A stretch of 64,000 nucleotides of DNA from Selaginella moellendorffii (Eukaryota > Plantae > Lycopodiophyta), in contig NW_003314273.1 in NCBI RefSeq assembly GCF_000143415.4, positions 124,001-188,000 of the forward strand. The letters are read 5' to 3'. Within the stretch, counting starts at the first letter, position 1. Every line of letters starts with the position of its first letter. The notes beneath the pieces are model-generated. The model worked only from the letters and a program-made list of their open reading frames with translations. It was not told where the DNA came from and searched no databases. Below, one piece after another: positions 22,990 through 35,868 of this stretch. Position numbers and translations under genes: made by a program.

Positions 22990-24794
22990 ATGCAGCATTT
23001 TGGGGCTACCACGCTTTACGAGGATCACAACTACTTTGCTCGCTCCTCGGAGAGTTTCACGCTGGAGGGGGGCCTGGATTCGGACAATGGCACCGGTTTG
23101 CTGGATCTCACAGACACGCTCGAGAAGCAACTCGAGGCCTCGAATCTGGCGCTGGGAGAAATCCACAGCGACGCTCCGCAACTTAGCTCGGAGCTGCACG
23201 TCCCTTCGGTGGAATTCGAATTGGATGACAATGGCCAGCTTCTCCACGACATGTTGCAGCAGCAGCAGCCAGCAAACAGCCAGCAGCAGTCCTCCACCAC
23301 CACCGCTGCCTCCTCCACCGCCACCGCCACCACCTGGGAAGAAAACGTCCATGTCCTCCAGGAGATGCTTATGCAGCAGCAGCACATCCAAGTCCAGCAG
23401 CAAAACTTCTTCGGCAACTCCACTCCACCAAAGTTCCGGAGAGAGTCGGAGCTCCTGAGCCTCCTCCAGCTTCCACGCTGTGCCTCATCGTCGCTGCCGG
23501 GAGGAACCATCTCCGGGCCATTCAACTCCGTCAGCTCCAAGAAGCTGAGCCATCCAGGAGCCTTGTCGTCCTTCACCACCGCAGCAGAGATTGGCGACTC
23601 TTCTCATGTCCACGGCCAGCAATTGCTTCCACAGCCTTCCTTCAGGCATTTGCTTCACACCTTGCCTCATGCTTCCGACCACCACCTGAGCTCAAAGTCC
23701 GGTATAATGCGTCCTCCCGGCTTGCTCGACTTGGAAGACCGGGATACCAGCGGCGGCCACGAAGAGGGCCGCCTCTTCCCGAGCCTGTTCGAGAAGAGGG
23801 ACTTCACTTTCGGCAAAGGAGCCGAGAACCGAGGCATCAATCACTTCGCGACGGAGCGGCAGCGGCGTGAGTATCTCAACGAGAAGTATCAGACATTGAG
23901 ATCCTTGGTCCCCAACCCCTCAAAGGTTCTCATCTTCAGCCTGGCCACCCTTGCATATAGAACTTTTCCTGTGCTGCATTTCCCTTTCTTTTTGCTTCTT
24001 TTTTTCCTCTTGTCGATCGATCCATTATCCTGTGCTGCATTCCTTTTTCGCTTCATTTTTTCCTCTTCGTCGATCGATCTATTCTCACTTCTCACCCAAC
24101 TAACCTTCGCAGGCTGATAGAGCTTCCATCGTCGCGGACGCCATCGAGTATGTCAAGGAGCTCAAGAGAACCGTCCAGGAGTTGCAGCTGCTAGTCGAGG
24201 AGAAGCGGCGTGGATCCAACAAGAGGCGCTGCAAGGCGTCGCCGGACAATCCTTCCGAGGGTGGTGGTGCCACGGACATGGAGAGCAGCTCCGCAATCCA
24301 GCCGGGAGGGACGCGAGTGTCCAAGGAGACAACTTTCCTGGGCGATGGCTCGCAGCTCCGGAGCTCCTGGCTGCAAAGAACGTCACAGATGGGAACGCAA
24401 ATCGACGTCAGGATCGTGGACGACGAAGTAAACATCAAGCTCACCCAGCGGAGGCGGCGGAACTACGTGCTCCTGGCGGTGCTGAGGAGCTTGAACGAGC
24501 TCCACCTCGATTTGCTCCATGCCAATGGAGCCAGCATTGGCGAGCACCACATTTTCATGTTCAACACCAAGGTAGGCCAGTGATCTTCCAGCTCTCGCTC
24601 GTCTCGCAAGTTTCCATCTTTTCGTTCTTGGTCGATCGATCGACCTGCGCGATATCTTTGGAAAGAAACGAACTAAGCTTCCTTGTTTGTTCTTGCAGAT
24701 AATGGAAGGAACATCTACCTTTGCGGGTCAAGTGGCAACGAAGCTGATAGATGCGGTGGACCGGCACATAACCCTAGCCTCATCGGGCCTCTAG
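22990..24794 (+). CDS. Clade II bHLH transcription factor (AtbHLH010/089/091, rice EAT1-like) with C-terminal ACT-like/BIF domain, 3 exons
   Basis: HFATERQRREYLNEKYQTLRSLVPNPSK/ADRASIVADAIEYVKEL and LRSSWLQR...IDVRIVDDEVNIKL...IFMFNTK/IMEGTSTFAGQVATKLIDAVD. Introns ~23926-24112 and ~24572-24698. Alternative start at 22894. Confidence 0.92.
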
Positions 24795-25462
24795 CTCCCA
24801 AAATTTTCCAGGTTTGATCGAATCGACCAGAGGTGGATCGTAGAGATAGGCAAGGGATTCCAAGAACAACCCTGGCTTGGAATAGACACACAGGATCTCA
24901 TAGCTCCATTCATTCAATCAATCTGTACCGAGAACCTCTAGGTGAGAAAAGACGAAGAAAAACTTCCATACCTAAGCAAGCGAGCATGGCGATCTTCCAC
25001 TCCCCATGATCGATCAGTAACAAAAATCGAGAGACAAAAAACTCGTAGAACCCTAAAAACCTTAGGGGTTTACACGTGTCACAAAAGCGAAGTTTAGGGC
25101 TACTTGGTAAATCTCTTTCTTTCTCTTTTTCCTCGTTGATTCTCTCGATCCTCGCAGAAAGGAAGAGAGCCTTGAAGCGCTCGAATCTTGAGCTATCCAA
25201 GGAGGACATTGGTTTGATCAAGGCTTTTCCCCCCTCGAGCTTTTCAAAAGCAAGGTACTGACACGAGCGCGCACGAGAGCACTTTCTTTTGCTCTTGGGA
25301 TTTAAACGTGTGATCCGGTGGCTCGCAGCTGGGGAAAATTTGCTCGTATAGAAACGCGAATCGGATCAAGCTGACGGTAAATGCTCTTCTGCCTGGAAAA
25401 TATATTTGGTTTGTCACAAAGTTCCTCTTGTTATTGCAGTGTTCTTCCTCTTTTCAGACAAA

Positions 25463-28422
25463 TATGTCGGCATTCTCGGGGAGACCTTCTGGAAGCACGA
25501 TGAACACCATCTTTGGTATGCTCGAGTTTTGGCCTAGTTAATCTCCTTCCGGCCTTAACAGACATTGCACAGGAGTACCATCCACCACAACTTGGAAAAC
25601 GCAGGCTTTGGCCCCTCGCAACAAAACGGTTCTTTAAGTTTACACCGGCAGTCGCACCATTGAGGTTATTCTTGTGTTCTTCGAAAGAATTTCTTTGTTG
25701 CTGACAATCTTTGCGTGAGCAGCAGGCTTTGGAGGACAAAGTTTTCAGCGGAGCGCGAGAACACCGGGAGAGGTCAGAGTTTTTTTGTGGTTTTCTATAG
25801 CGTGTTCCATACTTCATTCTGGTTGATTTGCAGCATTTATTGTCGTGCCGGGAAAGATTTTATGCATTCTCGGGGTTCCTGATGCGAATGCTCTAGCGGA
25901 ACTGAAATGGTTGAGCTGTCGTTAAACTGGTAAACTTTGTCAAGATTTTTTCCTTTTCTTCTTCCTATTTCTCTTCTCATAGAATTTCCTGATGCTAATA
26001 TTACGAGGAAGCAATTTTCAAAGAATATGGCAACCGCAACTTCTGAGAGCAACAAGCAACTGCTGGTGCTTCGTTTTCTATTTCTCCATGTACGTTCTTC
26101 CTTCTTTTCCAAGTTTTTTTTTTTGTGTGGTTGCCAGAGCTACAGGAATGCGACAATCTCCAGCTCTCCCGAAAAGCAAGGATTAATCTGAATAATTCGT
26201 ACGAGTTAGCTTCTAAAATATTAACTTTAAATTAAACTCTTGCTTTCCGAAAATTCAAGAAAGGAAATCATTGTACAAATGGCAAAATCCTAGCAGGTTA
26301 GCAAGCAAGAATTTTGTCAAAGGCTTTCCATTTGATAATACACTGAAAGCATTACTGTAGATTGAATCAAAACACAAATGATTTCATTTTTATTTTTGAA
26401 GCTTAATCCAATCCAATGCATTCTCGTGCCTAACGTGGAATTTAATCTGAAGTGGTGGCAAGGCGCACACATAAACATCATAAGCACCTCAATTCCAGAG
26501 TGGATTCGATGAAGGGTGACCATGGTGTTGGTCACACTCGGAACAGGCGCCATTTTCTCATTCTGATTTTACTAGACTTTTACAATTGGGAACAGAATTA
26601 TAATAATAGAAAAACTACAAACAATAATATATAATAATTTTATAGTGCTGCAAGTTCTTGTGTAGGATCCGGGCACCAAAGCCTGTGCAAAGCAGTTCTT
26701 GTATTATATGTTCTTGATGAAGCTATCAAACAGGAAGCAGACACTCGAAAATAAAGTGCAGATGGTCTTCCATGTGAAAACATGAAGCTTGTGAAAATTG
26801 CTAAAAAAAAAAGAGGGGTGAGTTTTGGAGTTTCTGGTGATGTTGATTTTTTGTGATGCTTGCAGCCATTAGTTCTGCCAGAGTTTCCTGCAACATCAGA
26901 AATTTTGAACTAAGCTTTTGTTCCATTCATTGATTCGTGCTTTGTTTCTTCTCTGCAGGCAGGAATCACTTTGGCTACCTGAGTCTCCAGCATCCGAGCA
27001 GGCTGTCATTTCTCCCATGCCTCGCAATAGGCACGATGTAAGTTGTTTTTTCCTTTTTACTCTTTTTAAAATTTTTGTTGGCAAGGTATTTACTCAAAAT
27101 CTCCTTCTGGATCATCGTGGGAAACTCATGACTATATCAAGAGCATACGTTCTTGGTATGCAAAAGCAAGACCTCCTAGGCAGGATTGATTTGCTCTCTG
27201 TGTCCAAGTTTGCAACAAAGGTGAATCTATCACCTTTTATACTTCAAAAGTTTCCAGCACTAAGGTAAAAAAATCTTGCTTTTGAAAGTGTTGATTAATT
27301 GTTTTTTGTTTCATTACAGCATCGTACACCCAATCAGATCTGCAAAGTTTGTGTACTCTTCTTCGATCGAGATTGAAAGGCTGGGTCTAAAATGCTTGAA
27401 AGGAAAGGACAGCAAAGGGAACCACATCAAGAGAAAAGTGTCTGAAGCCGATCTAAATTTTCACCTTGTGGGTCAAAGGTAATAAACTATGAAACTCTTT
27501 CTGGCTGATTACCTTTTTTCGTTTTACATTGTCAGTGAGGATGATGTTCGCTTTTTCCTTGTTGAGGTGACAAGAAGCCGGAAGCTGCACCCGGAAAATT
27601 TGAATATCCGACTCTGCCAAGGTAACTGAGTTCTCTGTTTTGATTTGTAGTAACTTGTTCTTTTCCTCAGCTTTTCGAAAAGCAACAAGCTTTTATATAA
27701 AATGGTGCAGCTTGAACGTGGGATTTGCGCCCTCCAGCAGAGCAGAAAGACAGTTGAAGGTGCTGCGGTGGTGTCGGCATCATTCGATGATGCAACCGAG
27801 GAGGATCTAGCCACACCTCTTAAAGAAGGGATGGACTCTCAAGTTAAGCTTCATTTGCCACGACTCTTTGGACTCTGGCAAAGCGGGCTACTATTTCTGC
27901 AGCCACTTTTTTGAGCAGGTACTAAGCAGTAATTTGGTTCGCCTCTTGTGACTGTTGATTTGATTTACAATGTCAGCATTAAGCCTGTTCGAGCGAGTAG
28001 CAGGTTTGAAGATAGTCAATATGTATAGCCATGGCAAGTGCTTCCCCTTTTTAGTTTTGGTGAGCTTGGGAAGTGAGAAATATCCCTTGGAATACGATGC
28101 TCTAAGTTTTCGGCTGATCGGATGATCTTTGTTTGTTTCTTTCTCTCTGACGCTTTGTCTGCTTGCAGCATGGAGGTCATTACTCCGAAAAAACCTACCA
28201 TTTTGATCACGTATGGGCAGGTTAAATTTTATTTTCTCCTAGTTTGATTGTAGTTATGTCTGATGATAGGAGAAATTCAGGTGTTGATGTCACAAGATGC
28301 TGTGAATGCAGGTAACAAGGAGATACTACTTGGCAACTGGGAAGAGGTAAGAAACTATCTGAGCGAATCTGTAGCTGATTCTACCTCATGGTTTTATGGT
28401 AGGAAGGTGGGATCGGTTTCTA
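25463..28422 (+). CDS. Uncharacterised gene with many small exons (reading frame only partly resolved)
   Basis: Regular succession of T-rich 45-70 nt GT-AG introns and purine-rich exons (e.g. IVHPIRSAKFVYSSSIEIERLGLK, EDDVRFFLVEVTRSRKLHPENLNIRLC, MEVITPKKPTILITYGQ). Telo-box promoter at ~25050. Some exons contain stops in the frames tested. Confidence 0.4.
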
Positions 28423-28888
28423 GAGGATATAACTGACTGTAATTGCGTTTAGCAGGATACCAGCATATTACTGTTCGTTGATAAACGAACAAGACGATCT
28501 CAAAACTCTTCTTGCGCTCAACACAATTCTAGGATTGAAACACTGGTAGAGATGATAGGTGCGACAAGACGAGACAATGGCACACATTCTTGCAAACAGA
28601 TCGGCTATATTAATACTAGGTGGGTTTAGGTAAATTCTATTTGACGACTGGACTAACTTATTTAGTGCTCAACAGAGCCATTGTCATCCAATCGAATTCC
28701 AGCGGAGGGTTATGCAGAGCTAGCCTTGCCACCTTTCCGGAACAAACGTGTAAAAGACTTTCTAAATGAATTCTTTACAAACCGCATAGAATTATGCACA
28801 AGACCAAGTCGTGTCGTGTCTACCAAAATTTTGTATCCACAGACCATGCTTTTTTGTCACATGGGTAGTGACTGCCTTGAACAAAGAT

Positions 28889-31800
28889 TTAAGGGTGTTG
28901 TCGCCACCCCTCGTACGCCTCGGCATCCTCTGGCACAATGCGGTTTATCCTTGTTGTGCCCAAGAGATACTCCGGCAGTTCACTCTCTTCTTTGGCCTGG
29001 AACGAAGAAGATATTAATCTCCATTCCAGAGTATGCTCTCTCTTTCACATACCTCAATCAAGACAGCAAGATCCACAACGATGTTTGTCACGTAACCCAG
29101 AACCAATCCAATCACTCCTCGCGCAACAGACGATGATCCTATGTCTACGTCAATCTGGCAGAGTACCAATGAGTTTTCAGCAGCATTGGTATGAATCCTT
29201 ACCTCAAAATAATTGTCTTCGCGGATGTAATGACAAGTCACGGCTCGTCCAAGCAAGCAGGCCTTTGTACCCACGGCTCGCTTCACAACCCAATACCCCT
29301 GTATAGATACAAGATGTGAACAAAACCAAAACGTTAACTAGTGTTATTTTACCTCTACAATGCTAGGAATCAGTTTGAACCGTGCATTTCTGAATGCGTC
29401 GTCTCCGTTCGCAAATTTATCCAGGAGAGAACCGGGCCGAATTGGTCTGTCGGCAGCATAATAGAACACAAGGCTGTAGTTCGGTTTAGCCGGAACCTGC
29501 TCATAAAATGCTCCTTTCGGTTAGGCAGAAAAAAACTGCCACCTAAAAGCAGAAATACCTGTAGATTAACTACAAAGATGAATGGCAATGCTTTCCCGGC
29601 CGGGGTCTGACAAAAGAACAAGAGTATAAATTGGAACCCAAGAAAAATGAGCATCAAACAAACCTGGACAATAGACGCCGGATGCTTTGCAATTGCACCA
29701 ATCTTATCGTCTGACTTTAGCCAGTCGACTGTTAGAAGTTTTAAAAGAGGATCTCCTCCAGGCACCTGAAAGTAGTGTGAGTGAGTGACTAAAAACGATA
29801 CAAGAACCGGACCTTCAAGTAATCTTTCATGTACGTCTTCCCTCTAACCATAAATCCTTGACCACCAGGATCGCACCAGCAGTTTTGATCTTTTTCAGAA
29901 CTTTGATGGCGAAGAGTGCTCTTGAAGAGCTTCATATTTATTTCCATGGCTGAGCAGCCCAACATAAGTTCTCCATTGTCCCCGGGAGCTGAAACCTCAG
30001 TAAGTAATCCGGAAAGCTTTGAAGTATAGCCTAGCTTCAAACCTGGAGGCCGTTTAGATAACAGCATGACTCCCCACGTAACCCTTCGAAGCTTGTGTGA
30101 TCCTGTCTACACATCACCAGCAGATCAGAAACTTCCAACCAAAAGATTATGAAAATCCAAAAGAGAAAGCAAGAATATGAAATGCATCACATGACCAGCA
30201 TTCGCACCTGCACGAAAGATGACAGCAGGCATATAGAAGGCCTTCAATGTGGTAAAGTAATCCTATATTTCTTGCGTCTGGTGATGCGGACCTTATTCAG
30301 CGGTTTCTTCTCCTCTTCTTCACTGTCATCGTCGTCCTCATCGGCTGGATCTCCTGCCGTAATAGCGTCATAAAACTCTTCGTTGGTTTCAACCTGCGAA
30401 AGTCTTGTTGTCTCGCAAGTAGATTCATCGTGGTTAACGATGCTCTTTGTAACCAGGCGCTCTTCTACCCCTTGCAGGGCTTCTGCGGAGAAGTACTCTC
30501 TTAATCCTGCAGAAAAAACAACGATGATGAGCTGCCAACATGTATTTAGACAAACCTGCCGTGCGACATAGCATTGCATATGGAACCGTCGCGTGGAACT
30601 TGGAGTAGTGGCTTTTCTTCCAGCGGCCCCAGCCGGTAGACTTAATCTCCATGATCTGGGTGACAAGGGACCTTGGAGTCCCAGTTCCTGGTTTCGATGG
30701 GAGGGGAGTAATCTCCCACACTCCAGCTAAAGAAACCACACGAATGTCAAGTAAAGCTGAAAATCTCTTCTTACGATTAAGTGTGATTTTTCTGTACCCG
30801 GGCTTACGAGGAGCCCCTTTGTGAGAAACTTCCATCTGTGTAATGTCTGCAAAACACGCGTAGCAATTAGAATTAGCATAGACAGATGGTAAAAATATAT
30901 ACAGTAAGAGCCGTCCTGATGCCGACGCCAATAGCGAGAGAACACATAATATCTTTTATAGCTAAAGAGGCTGCTCCACCTTTAAAACGAGAAAAACACG
31001 TTTTTGCAACTTACGATTTGGAAAAAAACAAACCAACCTCTTGAAGTATTTAGGATCAAACGTCCCGTACACAATGTCCGTATGCCCATCTATGTGCTCC
31101 ACAAGCTCCAATTGCCCAGTCAAGGTGTCCCACCTGATAAGGAGGTTCAACTTGGCTTAAAAGAAAGAGCAATTGAATTCAAAGACTTACTGATGCCTCA
31201 AAGAAATATCCAGAGTCATGATCATCTCGAATATCATTTCTGGCGTTGCTTCGACTACGCCAACAGATTTCATTATGGCCCCGTTCTCGGACTGCGGCAC
31301 AAACGCAAAATAAAAAACAGTTCATTCTCGATAGAGTCGGTTGTATACAACCTACCTTGACGTCTTCAAAGATTCTCAAGCCTGGAGACAGAAAGAATCC
31401 ATTTTTTAAGGGCGTCCACAAATGATTTGGTTAAGACCTGTACGTACCGTTTACGGTGCGAAAGCATCTCCAATCAGTCTGCTCTACAGCATCACCAGCT
31501 TGCTTAGTGTACGAAACTGCTGGCAGAGGATCCTGTGCGACCATCGAGGGGCGGCGCAGCAAGGACTCGGGACCTACAGAAACCATGATGAGATTGATTC
31601 CTTTCAAAACAACAAAAGCTACCTCGTCCAATGTAAATAAGTTTGCTCAGATACGATTTAGAGTGGTATCGTGGCCCGTTTACGTTAAACCTGAGAAAAA
31701 AATCCTCCGCTATTAGAGATCGTAGAAGAGCATCAATCAATGCTTACTCGGTCTCATTGTTTATGAAGCTTAGCTTGTTCGATACATACTCCGCCTGCTC

Positions 31801-32402
31801 AAAACACATCGATGAACTAAAGATTCAGATGAACCTTCTTGACATACCTCCTCTTTGGCGTGACGGAATGCTGACATCCATTTTTCGACTTCCTCAGCGC
31901 TGGTGCAAGCAATCTGAAAGAAAGAACTCAGTCGAGCTCGCACAAGACGTGGAAAAAGAGAAAAGAAAACTTACTTCACCATGTTTGCCATGGTCAACTC
32001 GACTATAGATCTTAAGCACATAAAGGACCTGTTTTCACAACGAAGTTTCAAGCCGACGAACTTTGAAAGCTTCTTTGCTTACCCGGCCATGGATAATCTG
32101 CCTCCCAATTTCCTTCACCATTGTAAATTTCCCAGCCACGCCCCTTCTAATGGGTTTCTGGCCACCAAAAAACGTTAATTCTATAGCAAAAAAATATACA
32201 ATCCATCTACCTTGCTGGGAAAATCATTGGGATCGCGCTTATACATCTCCACATACTTCCCCTTGATCACGAGGTACCGCGGATTGCAAAACTGGTACCC
32301 CATGGAGTTACTCCCGACATGGTAGATCCAGCCCGCATACACGGAAGCCCTCTTTTCCGATGCGGAGCTCATTTGCTCCCTGTCGAGATCTTTCGTCGAC
32401 AT
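28889..32402 (-). CDS. EDR2-like PH-START-DUF1336 lipid-transfer protein, many exons
   Basis: PH YAGWIYHVG...RYLVIKGKYVEMYKRDP, START WDTLTG..ELVEHIDGHTD and FSRYWRR.QDGSY, FFAT-like EEFYDA, DUF1336 GFMVRGKTY, VDWLKS, IDVDIGSSSVARG and ELPEYLLGT. Confidence 0.92.
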
Positions 32403-33208
32403 CCTGCGGAATCGCAATGCGAATGGAGATTTCCCCAGAGAAAACCTGCGCCTGGATCGCGATCGCGGCAGCTCCGCCTATCCTCCCGTGGCCAAGAATC
32501 GCGGCGGCGGATAATCCCCCGGGACACGCGAAGGCGCCAAAAAGATCATCAATCAAAGCGCGAGAAGGAAGACGAAGCAATGAAGAAAGCAAAAATTAGC
32601 CTAAAGACGCGCCGGCCAGAGAGCCACACGGAGAACATAAAAATTAGAAGTATGTCGAGGGGAATATTCAGCTCCAGCTTGAGGGAACCGTTGGAGCATA
32701 TTCCGTCATCACCGGTGGTCAAATTCTTTTATGACCGTTCCTCTGACGTGGGGACGCCTGACAGCTGTCAGTGAGCCGACCGTTGGTTGCTCACCCAAGA
32801 ATCATTTCTAGGGCTTGCGTGTCCTGTTTTTTACATGCGGGACGGGACAAAGATTTAAGTTGATAGAGTTGCAAATGAGACAATTGTTAATCTCTAGTCG
32901 GATTGCAAAGGCCAGCCTTTCGTTCCATCCATTTACTCATTTAGAAAACCTTGTCTCTTCGATCGTTAGAGCCTGTTTAGAAATCATTGGCTTGTGTAAA
33001 GACTTTTGCCCGTTTGCTCCTTCGATCTCTTGAAAAGCGTTTGACTTTTCTCAATGGGTGGCGCACTTTGCCTAGATATTGCGTTGCGTACCTGAGAAGA
33101 CTTAAGCCCCACAGATCATATTGGTGTCGTCCAGACTTAAAACTCTCAGCCCTCCACTTCGTGAGTGAGCAAATAGACAAGCTCCTCTGGAAAGGCACAG
33201 GTCGGCGC

Positions 33209-34574
33209 TCAAGATCTCGACGCAACCAGTTCCTGCCGAACTGCGATAGGAAAACTTTGACAAAAATGAAGGAATACCTCGTCAAGAAGTTTCGCAACGT
33301 CGTCAGTCTTGGCAACTTGAAGAACAGTGAGTCCCTCCCTGTCGACTGCCAATGGATCAGCTCCGGCCTTGAGTAGCTCATCGCAGACGCTCAAATGCCT
33401 CCAGCCTGGGGGGATCCACAACACTGATGACTCATGGAGGATAGAAAGTTAGAAAGGCTTGCCTGCCGCAACATGAAGTGGAGATCGGTGTGCATTTGGC
33501 GCGGAGGGATCAGCATTGCCTTCGCGGATCAAAAGAGCCACAACATCGGCACGTCCACGGCTCGCAGCCCAGTACAAAGGAGTCGATCCGATGTTGTCTC
33601 GACAGTTCGCATCAACACCCTTCTGCTACAAAACCAAAAACATATAGATTGAGAAGAAAAGCTCTTTGTGAAGTTCTCGATTCATACCTTAAGTAGCCAT
33701 CGAGCAGCGTCAACCTCGCCAGCGGATGAACCCCGATGCAAAGGAGTACAGCCCGCGCAATCACTGGCATTTGGATCCGCTCCAAATTGCGTCAGGAGCT
33801 CCATGCAACCGACGTGGCCACCGGCAGCAGCATCATGAATGGGTTGAGAGCCTCCAGTGTCGCAGGCTGCCGGATCAGCTCCGGACGATAAGAGAAGCCG
33901 CAGAACAAGTTCGTGTCCATGGAGAGACGCCGTATGAACACTGCTAGCCTTCACCAGCAAGAAACGGTGAGTTTCTTTTCTTTCGTGAAAAACCACCACC
34001 AAGAGAACCTTGAAAGTACCTGGTGCGACCATTGTTACTTGCTGCGTTGCCAGAAGCACCATGAGCGAGAAGAATTTCCACTGCCGGAACAAATCCACCC
34101 CGAGCTGCGAGGTGGATTGCTTGCTCGCCCTTGTGATCGCGATCGCAAGCGTTTGCTCCACTGAAACCAAAACTAGATAAACTAGCTAGGAGGCTGAAAA
34201 GAAAGATTGGAATCACATACCTGGCAAGAAGAATAGAGATGATCGAAGCTCGACCAGTAGCGGCGGCGTAGTGAAGAGGCGTAAATCCATTTGTCTTGTG
34301 CGCCGATACCAATGCTCCCGCTCTCAAGAGCGCCTCCACGCATTTGTCATGCCCTTGCGAGCAAGCCTGCAAGAAAATCCGATCGATCGGCCGTCGAAAT
34401 CAGCAGCAGCACCTCGTGAAGCGCAGTCTTCCCTCGTTTATCTCTCGCATTCGGATCGGCACCGGCCTAGAAATCACACAAATTCTATCGATCTGCGAAT
34501 CGATCTGCCAGTACCTTCAACAGCACGCAGAGATTATCCAAGTCTCCAGCTCTGGAAGCCGCAGCGAGCGCCAT
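33209..34574 (-). CDS. Ankyrin-repeat protein, multi-exon
   Basis: Repeated motifs GKTALHE, GFTPLHYAA, GEQAIHLAARGG, GSQPIHDAAAGG, GCTPLHRG, GSTPLYWAA and GADPNA. Spliced frame runs from MALAAASRAGD to ELVASRS*. Confidence 0.88.
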
Positions 34575-34699
34575 CGATCAACACAACAAGAGCCCTAAGA
34601 ACAAGAACCCTACATTCTTGTCGTTAAACCCTTTGGATATTATTTCAAACGAGAGCAAAAAGAATTCGCTCACAAATTCTTCGCTTCGATCTCTCTCAA

Positions 34700-35176
34700 T
34701 CATCCGATGACCTCGAATTCGTCCTCCCGCAGATGGGCGATCAGCTTCACCTCCTTGCCGTCGATGCTCAGCGCAAACTGGGTCTTGTATGGCAAATTCG
34801 CGGAGATGATCTTCCCCTTCCAGCTCGTGAGAACCTCTTTCACCTCTCCCTCCTGGCCACCAAGATCAAACTCTGGATTCTTGGGAACATGGAACACCTT
34901 GAGCGGCCCTTTCACTCTGATCCTCGATCCCACGCCCGCCGCTGCCGCCGCCGCCGCCGCTGCGCCCTGCCGCCCCACCGCAATCTCGCAGATTGCGAGC
35001 CCTGCCCTGCGGCGGCGAGGCTGAGACGTGATCGACGGCACTGTTCTGGATGAGATTTTGTGCCGTGAAGAGCATGCCACTGTCGATGCCGATGAGGTCG
35101 ATGGCGCGCAGGCTTGGCGCTGGAATTGGGCACCGCAAATCGAAGGCGCAGACAGCGAATTCGCAACCAGAGGCAT
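34700..35176 (-). CDS. FTRA: Ferredoxin-thioredoxin reductase variable subunit with chloroplast transit peptide
   Basis: Ser/Ala/Arg-rich N-terminus followed by VGSRIRVKGPLKVFHVPK..FDL.G.EGEV..V...WKGK.ISANLPY...AHLREDEFEVI, the FeThRed_A signature. Confidence 0.92.
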   Translation of the reverse strand: MPLVANSLSAPSICGAQFQRQACAPSTSSASTVACSSRHKISSRTVPSITSQPRRRRAGLAICEIAVGRQGAAAAAAAAAGVGSRIRVKGPLKVFHVPKNPEFDLGGQEGEVKEVLTSWKGKIISANLPYKTQFALSIDGKEVKLIAHLREDEFEVIG

Positions 35177-35309
35177 TGTAGTCGAGCGAAGCAACCAACG
35201 AGCGCCTAGAGAGATCCAATCGACATACCGGGGCCCAAATCACACGCCGCCATAGCCCAGCTTCTCTCCCGCGAGCGATTGATTTTTAGGGCTCTTGTAT
35301 CAAATAGCA

Positions 35310-35450
35310 AACCACGTGTGCTACTGCGCAGCAAACCGCGCGGCTGGATGATTACCAGCCGCACGTCCACCGCAGGGACCGCGCGCCCCTGCCACGTCGG
35401 ACAAAGATAACGTCTGCCGTGGCGGCCACGCGGACGGCTGACGTGGACTG
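35310..35450. promoter_or_regulatory. Cluster of G-box/ACGT and GATA elements upstream of FTRA (light-responsive promoter type)
   Basis: CACGTG at ~35313, GCACGTC, GCCACGTC, GATAA and GACGTGG within 140 nt upstream of a plastid-redox gene. Confidence 0.4.
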
Positions 35451-35868
35451 GTAGTTTCCACTTCTCACGCCAACGACACAAAAGAAGCTTCATGGGTCCA
35501 GTCGCCTGCATTGTGGGAGGAATACTTGGAGCTTTGGGATGTTTGCTCTCCCTGGTGGGAATGTTTGTATGGTTGATCGGGTAAGCTTTGCTCAAAAAAC
35601 AAAAAAAAAAACTATTCTTTGAGATGAGATCTCTTTTTTTTTTTTCCTTGTTCTTCCAGGAACTTGGTCGCTTGCGTCTGCCCATCCTGTGCTTTCTGCT
35701 TAGCAATCGCCAACTTTGCTATGATTCTCATCCGGCTCCCCGTCAAGGGGCTCAACTGGGCGAGCAGCAAAATCCCATGCTAAACAGAAAAGAGAGAAAA
35801 AAACCAGCATACCTTTGCTTCTTATACTCTACTACAGCAGCTGGACGATTCACCTCTTCTCTCCCCTC

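Noticed and set aside
32977-33381. 129-134 aa ORFs on both strands after the ankyrin gene
   Set aside because: They overlap ankyrin terminal exons and 3'UTR and have no motifs or supporting promoter.
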